A stretch of DNA of 64,000 nt from Candidatus Omnitrophota bacterium (GTDB lineage: Bacteria > Omnitrophota > Gorgyraeia > JABMRG01 > JAFGKX01). This document shows, piece by piece, positions 27,618 to 36,406 of the stretch (positions are counted from its first letter, which is position 1; each line of letters starts with the position of its first letter). Below the pieces are notes generated by a model. The model did not search any database and was not told where the DNA came from. It was given only the letters and a program-made list of their open reading frames with translations. Location of the stretch: positions 23,340-87,339 of the forward strand of contig JAZDPX010000017.1 in assembly GCA_043797125.1 (NCBI GenBank), in the 5' to 3' direction. The position numbers were made by a program, and so were the translations under genes.

Positions 27618-29248
27618 GTATATTCAGTAATCCGGTAACGCATGAAAAATTTTTCGGCAGAGAAAAGGAACTCGCCTTCCTCGACAAAAAGGTCAATGAC
27701 CTTAAGAGCGGCTATAGGCACAATGTCGCGATTTTAGGCAAAAGGCTTATCGGAAAAAGCTCGCTTTTATTGGACTTTCTTTTAAGCATTGATGACCCGA
27801 GCGTGCTGCCTGTGTATTTAGATTTATCAGCGCTTACCTTTAATAACTTTCTCGATCAATTTATAGGCATGTTGTTATATAACAATTTCAAGGCCCAGAT
27901 ACCGGCTGACACAAAACCCCATTTGCAGACGCTTATAGACGCTTATGGCCCGTCTATTCCAAAGACGCACAAAAAAATCAAGGTTTTATACGCGCATTTA
28001 AAGAGGCAGGATCAAAAACAAGCCTATGATGATCTTCTGGATTTGCCGGGTTGCTTATCATCTGAAACAGGCAAGTTTTGCGTTATAGCGCTTGATAACT
28101 TTAGCAAACTTTCAGATTATGCAATAGCGGACCCATATTCTGTTTTGGGCGAGAAGGCAATGCTGCAAAAGATGAGCTTGTATATACTTTCCGGCTACCA
28201 AAATGCCGATTCGATGAACATACTTTCTGAAAAACTGGCTTTGCTTTTCGGAAAATTCCATATAATCAACCTTGAGGCATTCAGCGCTTTAAAGTCATTG
28301 CAGTTTATAAACTCAAGACTCAAACACCTGCAGGTGCCTGTAGAGTTAAAACAATTCCTTGTTTATTTAACTAACGGTGAGCCTTTCTATCTAGATATCC
28401 TGACTCGGGAAATATACGCAAAAATTACGCAATCCGCGCAAGTTGTAATAGAACCGGAAAATTTTTATAATATAATTTCGGAATTTATATTCTCTGAATC
28501 TTCCGTCGTAAATCAGTTTTTTTCGATTCTAATAGAAAGGTTTTTTGAGGAATCCGACGCAAAGACCGCGCTCAAGGTTTTAAACGCGGTCCTGCTAAAT
28601 AATAACATATCCGACATAACAAAAGCCGCCGCCGCGCCCAAGACAGTAGCATCCAAAATTTTAGAAAGGTTTACACAGCAGAATTTAGTTGTTAAAAACG
28701 GCCCTCTATTCACCATAGAAGATGAAATATTTAAATTATGGATAAAATCCAAAATTATTAAGTCCTCTGCCAGGCTGAAGCTTACACAGCACGAATATAA
28801 CGATAGTTTCCAAAAAGAAGTAATCGGCCAAATTGATACATACAATAAAGAAGCTCGAAAGCTTAATAGCAATAAAATTTTGAACTTGGTTTCAGCTTTT
28901 GGCAATGAAAAATTAACTGTAGGCAAGAGAACTCATATCCTGCCGATGTTTAAACACGTAAACACAGAAAATATTAACCAGGAAGGCTTTTTTGTTTCTG
29001 CGCATGGGAGTAAGCTGTGGATATTTTCCGTTTTTAGAAAACAAATTGCAGAAGATGATATTCTGGACTTCATTAATTATTGCAAAAACCAGAAACATAA
29101 AGTCAGCAGAAAGGTTTTGATAGTGTTGAATGACATAACCCCGGAAGCCAAGCTTCTTGCCTTGGAAGAGCGCATGTGGATCTGGTCCCTTAATGAATTA
29201 AACGCTCTTTTAAATTTATACGGCAAACCAAAAATGGCGGACTTATGA
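27614..29248 (+). CDS. AAA ATPase of the 'archaeal ATPase' (PF01637-like) family with a C-terminal DUF234-like domain.
   Basis: 'FFGREKELAFLD', P-loop 'GKRLIGKSSLL'. ATGA overlap with the upstream stop. Confidence 0.6.
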   Translation: MSIFSNPVTHEKFFGREKELAFLDKKVNDLKSGYRHNVAILGKRLIGKSSLLLDFLLSIDDPSVLPVYLDLSALTFNNFLDQFIGMLLYNNFKAQIPADTKPHLQTLIDAYGPSIPKTHKKIKVLYAHLKRQDQKQAYDDLLDLPGCLSSETGKFCVIALDNFSKLSDYAIADPYSVLGEKAMLQKMSLYILSGYQNADSMNILSEKLALLFGKFHIINLEAFSALKSLQFINSRLKHLQVPVELKQFLVYLTNGEPFYLDILTREIYAKITQSAQVVIEPENFYNIISEFIFSESSVVNQFFSILIERFFEESDAKTALKVLNAVLLNNNISDITKAAAAPKTVASKILERFTQQNLVVKNGPLFTIEDEIFKLWIKSKIIKSSARLKLTQHEYNDSFQKEVIGQIDTYNKEARKLNSNKILNLVSAFGNEKLTVGKRTHILPMFKHVNTENINQEGFFVSAHGSKLWIFSVFRKQIAEDDILDFINYCKNQKHKVSRKVLIVLNDITPEAKLLALEERMWIWSLNELNALLNLYGKPKMADL

Positions 29249-29733
29249 AAATAGCGGTTATCTCTGACACTCATTTAACGGCGCAGCAAAGTTTCCCGTC
29301 CAATATAATAAACTGCCTAAAAGATGTTGATTTAATCCTGCACGCAGGCGATATTGTGGAATTAAACACATTAAGAGAGATAGAAAAGTACAAACCAGTA
29401 ATTGCCGTATCAGGCAATATGGATTCAGCTGATATAAAACGGCTTTTGCCCGAAAAGAGACTGCTGGATTTCTGTGGTTTTAAAATAGGTTTAATGCACG
29501 GGCACGGGCCTGCTTATTCGGTCTTGGATCAGGTGAAGGACGAGTTTAAAACAGAAGAAAATTTGTCATGCGTAATTTACGGGCATTCTCACGCCCCGTG
29601 CATAACTAACATTGGCGGGGTAATTTACTTAAACCCAGGTTCGCTGACTGATAAGGTTTACGCACCTTATAATTCATACGCGATACTGGATATAGGGAAG
29701 AAAATCAAAGCAAAAATAATAAAGATAGCATAG
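29245..29733 (+). CDS. YfcE/MJ0936-family metallophosphoesterase.
   Basis: 'MKIAVISDTHL', 'HAGD', 'GHSH'. ATGA overlap. Confidence 0.75.
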   Translation: MKIAVISDTHLTAQQSFPSNIINCLKDVDLILHAGDIVELNTLREIEKYKPVIAVSGNMDSADIKRLLPEKRLLDFCGFKIGLMHGHGPAYSVLDQVKDEFKTEENLSCVIYGHSHAPCITNIGGVIYLNPGSLTDKVYAPYNSYAILDIGKKIKAKIIKIA

Positions 29734-29766
29734 AGCTAAGGGCAAAGGGCACAGGGAAAAAATGAT

Positions 29767-30585
29767 ATGGGAAACGGATTACCGGTAATAAATATAACTG
29801 CTAAGACACTGCCAGAGGCATGGGAAGAAGCTGTAATAAAGACATGGGAACTCGGGCTTTCGATAAAGACAGAATACGATAAGCCGGATGACCCGCCAAG
29901 CAAGGATGCGACAGTGATAATGACAGCGCTTGAGCCTATGCTTGAGCCAAGGATACACAGGGCATTTCCCGGCGGCCTTGAAGATCTTGAGGTTTACAGG
30001 CAGGAGGTTGTAAACGGCATCCATGATCATTGGATAAATCCTGCAGAAGGCAAATGGACCTATACCTACCATCAAAGAATCGCTTCCTATCCGTCTAACG
30101 GGCAGACAATAGACCAAATGGCTTATATAATAGCTAAATTAAAAGACAAAGAATACACGCGCCGCGCCCAGGCAATAACATGGTCTCCTAAGCTCGACTC
30201 GGTCGCGGATGATCCTCCGTGCCTCCAGCGTATATGGTTCAGGATTTCAAGGGATAAATACAACAAGGCGGTTTTAAACATGAACACGCACTGGCGCTCA
30301 AGAGACGCGTACAAGGCCGCATTTATGAATATGTTCGCGTTAACAGATTTACAAAAAATAATTGCCCAAAAGCTTAGCAGTGAATTAAACGAGCAGGTTT
30401 CGGTAGGCAGGTATACCGACGTAACGGATAGCTTTCACATATACGGCAGTTATCATGAAGAATTCGGCAGGTTCCTTGAAACAGTAAGAAAAAGATCTTT
30501 TAAAGAGCGCACATGGAACAGCAAATTCGCAGAGCCGTTTTTTGAAGAAGCACGTAGGAAAATAGAAAAGGAAACAAAATGTTAG
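29767..30585 (+). CDS. Divergent thymidylate-synthase-fold (ThyA-like) protein.
   Basis: 'TRRAQAITWSP' (compare SRRxxxSAWNP), catalytic Cys in 'DPPCLQRIWF', 'HWRSRDAYKAAFMNMFALTD' (compare QRSxDxxLGxPFNIASYALL, Asn conserved), 'TDSFHIYG'. Confidence 0.55.
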   Translation: MGNGLPVINITAKTLPEAWEEAVIKTWELGLSIKTEYDKPDDPPSKDATVIMTALEPMLEPRIHRAFPGGLEDLEVYRQEVVNGIHDHWINPAEGKWTYTYHQRIASYPSNGQTIDQMAYIIAKLKDKEYTRRAQAITWSPKLDSVADDPPCLQRIWFRISRDKYNKAVLNMNTHWRSRDAYKAAFMNMFALTDLQKIIAQKLSSELNEQVSVGRYTDVTDSFHIYGSYHEEFGRFLETVRKRSFKERTWNSKFAEPFFEEARRKIEKETKC

Positions 30586-30589
30586 AATA

Positions 30590-30722
30590 TCGGATTACCA
30601 GATTATCAGAGCGAGAATATCAGAGAAACAGATTGTCAGATTTTAACACTCTGATATTCTAATACTCTGATAATCTGATACTCTCGTTCTGATACTCTGA
30701 TTTTCTGATACTCTAACTCAGG
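30590..30722. repeat. About 130 nt of imperfect palindrome built from ATCAGAG / CTCTGAT(A) heptamers and CAGATTRTCA units.
   Basis: Left arm 'TTATCAGAGCGAGAATATCAGAG...CAGATTGTCAGAT'. Right arm 'CTCTGATATTCTAATACTCTGATAATCTGATACTCTC...CTGATACTCT'. Confidence 0.55.
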
Positions 30723-30730
30723 AGTTCATC

Positions 30731-31198
30731 ATGAAAAAAATATGGGCGCCATGGAGGAGTAAATTTATCTATGATAGAAAGCAAAGAGGGTGCATTTTTT
30801 GCAAGGCTGCCAAAAGCAAAAACGATAGGGCAGATTATGTAATAACCAGAGACGAGTTCTGCTTTTCAATCCTCAATATATACCCGTATAATAACGGGCA
30901 TATAATGGTTGCCCCTTACAGGCATAAAGGCCGCTTGGAAGACCTCACGAAAGGCGAATTATACGGCCTGATGTTGTTAACAGAAAAAACAACTTGCTTG
31001 CTGGATAAAATCTTAAAACCTGATGGCTATAATATAGGATTAAATATCGGAAAAATATCAGGCGCAGGTTTTCCGGGCCATCTTCATGTGCATATTGTGC
31101 CTCGCTGGCAAGGCGATACAAATTTTATGCCAGTATTAGCCCAGGCTAAGATAATATCCGAATCGCTGGGCTCTTTGTACAGGAGGCTTAAAAAGTGA
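30731..31198 (+). CDS. HIT-family nucleotide hydrolase/transferase.
   Basis: Histidine triad 'HLHVHIVPR'. N-terminal 'WAPWR...CIFC'. Confidence 0.75.
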   Translation: MKKIWAPWRSKFIYDRKQRGCIFCKAAKSKNDRADYVITRDEFCFSILNIYPYNNGHIMVAPYRHKGRLEDLTKGELYGLMLLTEKTTCLLDKILKPDGYNIGLNIGKISGAGFPGHLHVHIVPRWQGDTNFMPVLAQAKIISESLGSLYRRLKK

Positions 31199-32349
31199 TG
31201 AAGTCTAAGCAATATTACGAATACGAAAAGCATTTCTTAATGCCTTATGCTACAAAAAGCGCCTCATCCAAGGGCAGGGTCCATAAAGAGGCCGAGCACC
31301 TGTACCGGCCAATTTATCAACGCGATAGGGAGAGAATTATACATTCAACCGCGTTCAGGCGCCTGGAGTATAAAACGCAGGTTTTCGTGAACCACGAGGG
31401 AGATTATTATCGAACGAGATTAACGCACACCCTTGAAGTCGCCCAGATAGCGCGTTCAATAGCTCGAGCCCTGGGCGTAAATGAAGACTTGTCCGAGGCT
31501 ATAGCCCTGGCGCACGATTTGGGACACACGCCATTTGGCCACTCGGGCGAAGATGCGTTAGCTCAGATAATGAAAGAACACGGAGGGTTTAACCACAACG
31601 TTCACGCGCTAAGAGTGGTGGATCACCTGGAGACAAGATACCCTAATTTTAGAGGCCTTAATTTAACAGCTGAAGTGCGTGAAGGTATTATAAAACACAC
31701 GACATCGTACGATGTCCCTGAAATAGCAGCGGAATTTGAGCCCGAGCTTTCAGCTTCATTGGAAACCCAGATAGTTAACGCTGCTGACGAGATTGCGTAT
31801 GACAGCCACGATTTAGATGACGGGCTCGCAAGCAACATACTTTCGGAGGGTGAATTAAGAAAAGTATTGCTGTGGAAGGAAACTGCTGCTAAAATAAAGA
31901 AAAGCCATAGTAATTTAAAAGAACAGGTCAGGCAATTTCAGGTCATTAAAGAAATTATAAATAGCCAGGTTACGGATTTAATAAACACCACCGAGGCCAG
32001 GATAAAGAAAAACAAGATACGCTCATACGAAGACGTTAGAAGGTTTTCACAGAAACTTGTGACTTTCAGCACTTCTATGCATGAAAAAAGAGAGCGGCTC
32101 AGAATATACCTGTATGACAATTTATACCGTCATTTTCGAGTCTTAAGGATGGCAAACAAGGCAAGACGATTTATTACAGAGCTTTTTGAGGTTTATATTT
32201 CCCAGCCTGAACAGCTCCCCTTAAGCTATCGCGCCAGGGTTAAGGTAGAAGGCGGATATAGAGTGGTATGCGATTATATCGCCGGCATGACAGACCGTTA
32301 CGCATTAAACGAGTATAAAAAACTTTTTGAACCGTACGAGAAGGTATGA
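31195..32349 (+). CDS. dGTP triphosphohydrolase-like HD-domain protein.
   Basis: 'THTLEVAQIARSIA', 'HDLGHTPFGH', 'DxxxYxxDxD' region. Confidence 0.7.
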   Translation: MMKSKQYYEYEKHFLMPYATKSASSKGRVHKEAEHLYRPIYQRDRERIIHSTAFRRLEYKTQVFVNHEGDYYRTRLTHTLEVAQIARSIARALGVNEDLSEAIALAHDLGHTPFGHSGEDALAQIMKEHGGFNHNVHALRVVDHLETRYPNFRGLNLTAEVREGIIKHTTSYDVPEIAAEFEPELSASLETQIVNAADEIAYDSHDLDDGLASNILSEGELRKVLLWKETAAKIKKSHSNLKEQVRQFQVIKEIINSQVTDLINTTEARIKKNKIRSYEDVRRFSQKLVTFSTSMHEKRERLRIYLYDNLYRHFRVLRMANKARRFITELFEVYISQPEQLPLSYRARVKVEGGYRVVCDYIAGMTDRYALNEYKKLFEPYEKV

Positions 32350-33800
32350 TGCAGGACATAAATAAAGCTTATAAAGATGAGTTTCTTAAGCGCCTTACGC
32401 AAAGCGCGGTGTTTAAGGAAGAACAGGACGCCTTTAACAATGTGATCGGCAAGGCAAACTGGCTTTTGTTTGCGTCGGACGATAAAAGGCTTATTCAGAA
32501 GCGTCTGCAAGAGGCTGTGGTTACGGCAAAGAAAACAAAAAAACCTGTCGTATTCAGGACCGGCGAGTCTCACTCGGCATGCCTTACAATCGGAAGAGGG
32601 GATAGTATCTATGGCTATCTTTTGATAAGCCCGGTTAAATCAAAAATAGATGATCATATCCTTAATTTATTGGCAAGTTATACAAACACCGTAATCGAAG
32701 AAATCAACAAGGAAATCGAGTTATCCAAGTTATACGAAGTCATAAGGCCCCGCGCAATCGCGCTTTCCACAATACATACCGTACACAGGCTTATCGGCTC
32801 AACCCTGGTTATAGACGAATTATTACCAAGGATTGCCAGACTGGCTTTACAGGTCCTAAGGGCTGAAAAGGCAGCTATATACATGAAAGATATTCAGACA
32901 AACAAGCTTAAGTGCGTCACAGAGGTAAACTTTGCTAAAACTAAGGATTTCTTCAAGATAGGAAAAAGTCACAGCCTGTTAGCGCAAAGGATAGCTACAA
33001 CTTTTCGTTCGGTGCTTAAAAATGATACATTAGCCGTACCGTTAATTGAAGAAGATGTTATTGGGGTTATTATTGTCAGGTATAGAATCGACAAAAAAAG
33101 CTTTACGATTTTTGACCAGGAAATACTTACCACCCTGGCAGAACAGGCTGTCATAGCTGTTCGAAACGCGCAGTTATATAAAGAGCAACAGGATATTACC
33201 ACAGGCAGCATTAAATCCCTGGCTTCTGTCCTTGACCTTAAATTACCCGGGGTTTACACGCACACAACTTTGTTTGTTGAGTTGATGCTAGCATTAGGCA
33301 AAGAGCTGAAGCTTAATCAGGACCAGATGCATAACCTGCATTATTCGGCATTGCTGCCTGACTTGGGCAAGGTGTTTTTGCCTGAACGGATACTTAAAAA
33401 GCCTTCGCCTTTGGATAAAAAGGAAAGAAGTCTTATAATGATGCATACGGAGAAGGCTGTTGAAATAATGCAGCATTTAAGCGGATTAAAATCTACAATA
33501 CCTATTATATTGCATCATCATGAAAGGCATGACGGTAAAGGCTACCCCTATCAGCTTAAAGGCGACCAGATCCCGATAGGCGCGAGGATAATGGCTGTAG
33601 GCGACGCGTTTGAGGCAATGTTGCGCAGGCGTTTTCACCGCAAACAGCTTACTTTGCCCAAGGTGGTATCAGAAATAGAATCGCAGTCAGGCAGGCAGTT
33701 TGACCCGAAAGTAGTTGACGCCTTCATGAAACTGTACAAAGACGGAAGGCTTGACAATTTAGTAAAAGGGCATAAAAATGAGCTTGAAAAAGTTTTTTAA
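32346..33800 (+). CDS. GAF plus HD-GYP protein (putative c-di-GMP phosphodiesterase).
   Basis: 'HHHERHDGKGYP' HD-GYP motif and an upstream GAF-like region. Confidence 0.7.
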   Translation: MMQDINKAYKDEFLKRLTQSAVFKEEQDAFNNVIGKANWLLFASDDKRLIQKRLQEAVVTAKKTKKPVVFRTGESHSACLTIGRGDSIYGYLLISPVKSKIDDHILNLLASYTNTVIEEINKEIELSKLYEVIRPRAIALSTIHTVHRLIGSTLVIDELLPRIARLALQVLRAEKAAIYMKDIQTNKLKCVTEVNFAKTKDFFKIGKSHSLLAQRIATTFRSVLKNDTLAVPLIEEDVIGVIIVRYRIDKKSFTIFDQEILTTLAEQAVIAVRNAQLYKEQQDITTGSIKSLASVLDLKLPGVYTHTTLFVELMLALGKELKLNQDQMHNLHYSALLPDLGKVFLPERILKKPSPLDKKERSLIMMHTEKAVEIMQHLSGLKSTIPIILHHHERHDGKGYPYQLKGDQIPIGARIMAVGDAFEAMLRRRFHRKQLTLPKVVSEIESQSGRQFDPKVVDAFMKLYKDGRLDNLVKGHKNELEKVF

Positions 33801-34050
33801 CTCACCCATACACAAGAAAATAATTATTTTCTTTCATCAAAACCCGTCCAGTATCGATAGCCCGAGGGGCGTGGCTACATGGATTAATTACGACCGCTTA
33901 AAAGTAATAAAAGCGTTAAAAGAGCTTACCAGGCATAAAATCCTTAATATTCACAAGTCAGCGGCCATCACAGGCTATTCATACACAACAGACGCGAAAA
34001 TAATAAAAGAAATAGAAAAACATATCCACTCAATTGAAAAAAACAACTAA
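33778..34050 (+). CDS. Small hypothetical protein, possibly a winged-helix regulator.
   Basis: 90 aa. 'IIFFHQNPSSIDSPRGVATWIN...LKELTRHKIL' looks wHTH-like. Weak. Confidence 0.3.
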   Translation: MSLKKFFNSPIHKKIIIFFHQNPSSIDSPRGVATWINYDRLKVIKALKELTRHKILNIHKSAAITGYSYTTDAKIIKEIEKHIHSIEKNN

Positions 34051-34720
34051 TACAGTTCTCATAATTACAGTCGCGGTTGTATTAGCCTTTGTAGTATTCC
34101 TGAAAACGCCTCTATTAAAACAATCCATACGCATATGGTTTAAGTGGCGCTTTAAACAAGCTGAACTATCGATAAATAAACTCTCATTTTCATTTACCCA
34201 AGGCATAAAAGCTAAAAACATAAGCCTGCGGGATAAATCAAACACAAAAAATATCAACATAGAGGATGCGGTTATAAAGTGCAACTTTCTATATTTATTT
34301 AAAGACGAACTTTATACAACCCTTGACCTGAAATCCGTAAAGATTTTATATCCTGCATCAGGAGTTGTGCAGTCTATTGTAAATTTATTGGCTCTGGACC
34401 CTGCTATTCCTTTTGATTTTGATACTATCGAAGGCGTCCTGTATTTAAAGAGGAATGAGGTTACTATAAGAGGCCTCAAGGCTCAGGGAAAAGACTTAAG
34501 CGTTTTTATTGACGGCACAGCAACTGCCTACGAATATGTCAACTGCACGATAAGGCTGCTTTTGTCTGACAAAATAACATCTAATGCGCCGGAAAATGTG
34601 CGTAAGTTTCTATTTAAAACCAGCGAAGAGCAATCAATGGTAGAACTGTACGTAAGCGGCAGCATAAAGAAACCCTATATAAACTTCTCAGCTCCCTTAT
34701 TTAAATTAAAAATCACCTGA
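34034..34720 (+). CDS. Hypothetical membrane-anchored protein.
   Basis: N-terminal TM 'VLIITVAVVLAFVVFL'. No recognisable motifs. Confidence 0.4.
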   Translation: MKKTTNTVLIITVAVVLAFVVFLKTPLLKQSIRIWFKWRFKQAELSINKLSFSFTQGIKAKNISLRDKSNTKNINIEDAVIKCNFLYLFKDELYTTLDLKSVKILYPASGVVQSIVNLLALDPAIPFDFDTIEGVLYLKRNEVTIRGLKAQGKDLSVFIDGTATAYEYVNCTIRLLLSDKITSNAPENVRKFLFKTSEEQSMVELYVSGSIKKPYINFSAPLFKLKIT

Positions 34721-34733
34721 AAATAATAATTTC

Positions 34734-34762
34734 CTTGACAAAGAAAAACTTTTTTGTTATAC
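34734..34762 (+). promoter_or_regulatory. Sigma70-like promoter: TTGACA, 17-nt spacer, TATACT.
   Basis: Read directly from the sequence. Confidence 0.4.
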
Positions 34763-34841
34763 TATAAACACTTTTTAATGAAGTTTAAAAATAATTAACC
34801 AATCTCATAAAAGTCTACGAAAAACGAACGGGATTAAGGGG

Positions 34842-36344
34842 ATGTCAAAAGTTCTTCTAATTGCTCTATTAGTATTATTAGTAGTAATAACTTCTACTAT
34901 ATACGGCCAGACTTTAAGCCTGTTTGAGAAAAAACCTATCTCTCAATCTGAACCGGCCCGGATAATTGAAACTTTAACTATCCCCCCTGCTTACGGAGAA
35001 ATTTCTGAGTTTTATTCCGCCGGACAGGGAAAAGCGCAAAAACTTATCATACACATACAAGACGTCCACAGCCACTACCAGACCCAGCTAAGCATAGCAA
35101 AAATTATCGAACGTCTAATTAAAGAACATGGCATAGACCTTATACTTGTCGAGGGAGGCACAAAAAAGGATAACCTCACTCATCTTAGGGAGATAGGCAC
35201 GCAACAGCAGCGCGAAAAAGTAGCAGAGAATTTCCTGAAACAGGGCAAAATCGCCGCTGAAGAATACATGGATATCGTTTCTCATTACACATTCGATATT
35301 TACGGAATAGAGGACAGGGAATTATATGATGAAAATATGGCGGCTTTCATACAGGTTGACTTGTTTAAAAAGCCTGCCGAAGAAGAGCTAAACATCATAA
35401 AATCCGAAATTGCAAGGTTAAAACAAAAGATTTACCCCAAGAGTATTATCGAACTTGAAGAAGCGCACGAACAGTTCCTTAAAAAGGCGATAACCCTGCA
35501 GGAATTCATACAGTTTCTCAACAACTCATACCCGCAATTCATAACCGCAAATAACTTCACAAACCTAAACGGTTTTTTGGAAATCGTCCGTTTGGAGGCC
35601 GATATAAATTTTGAGGCGCTTAAGGAGCAGCAACAGCGTCTCTTAAAAGAGCTGGCGACGCTTTCAAGCAAGGAGGGCGTAAAAAACCTTTTTTTAAAAA
35701 CAGCCGCGCATAAAAACAAACTTATAAGCGACCTCGAATTTTACGGATTTTTAGAGAGGGCATCAACTGCCTGCGGCCTGAAGGTTTCAGAATATCCGTT
35801 TTTTTCTACTTATATCGATTATTTAAAACTATCGCAGCGTATAGACGAAACCCTGGTGGTAGACGATGTTGTGCTGCTGTATAAAGACATAAAAAGGAGC
35901 CTTCTAGTAACAGAGGAGCAAAAAAACATGGAAGTTGTCGAGCGCAAAATAGATATTTTAACATCATTGGTCACCCTGCAGATGATGCCTGAAGATGTGT
36001 TTTTCTTCTCGGACAACAAACAGGAATTTTACGCGGATAAATGGTCGGGCCTTTTTAACATTGACGTTAAAAAAACCAGGCTTACAAAACAAAACATCGA
36101 CGCCCTAGAAAAATTTTACGCCTCGGTCTTTCAGAGAGACGACGCCTTCATCCGCAACACCAAGAAGTGGATGCGGCAGAAAGACAGGGATGTCGCAATA
36201 TTAATCGCCGGAGGATTCCATACGGAGGCGATAAAGAGCAGGTTAAAAAATGAAGGGCTTTCATATATAGTAATAAAGCCGCAAGTCGGCGATTATATCG
36301 ATAATAACATATATCATAAAAATTTAGAGGATAAGTGGAGGTGA
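34842..36344 (+). CDS. Hypothetical exported protein of 500 aa, possibly TraB/GumN-like.
   Basis: N-terminal signal/anchor. 'IHIQDVHSH' and 'IAGGFHTEAI' weakly resemble TraB/GumN motifs. Confidence 0.35.
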   Translation: MSKVLLIALLVLLVVITSTIYGQTLSLFEKKPISQSEPARIIETLTIPPAYGEISEFYSAGQGKAQKLIIHIQDVHSHYQTQLSIAKIIERLIKEHGIDLILVEGGTKKDNLTHLREIGTQQQREKVAENFLKQGKIAAEEYMDIVSHYTFDIYGIEDRELYDENMAAFIQVDLFKKPAEEELNIIKSEIARLKQKIYPKSIIELEEAHEQFLKKAITLQEFIQFLNNSYPQFITANNFTNLNGFLEIVRLEADINFEALKEQQQRLLKELATLSSKEGVKNLFLKTAAHKNKLISDLEFYGFLERASTACGLKVSEYPFFSTYIDYLKLSQRIDETLVVDDVVLLYKDIKRSLLVTEEQKNMEVVERKIDILTSLVTLQMMPEDVFFFSDNKQEFYADKWSGLFNIDVKKTRLTKQNIDALEKFYASVFQRDDAFIRNTKKWMRQKDRDVAILIAGGFHTEAIKSRLKNEGLSYIVIKPQVGDYIDNNIYHKNLEDKWR

Positions 36345-36406
36345 TGTAAAGGGCGCAGTTAAATGTGCGGGGTTGGGTGTACTTACATTAAAAAAAGGGG
36401 AAAAAA

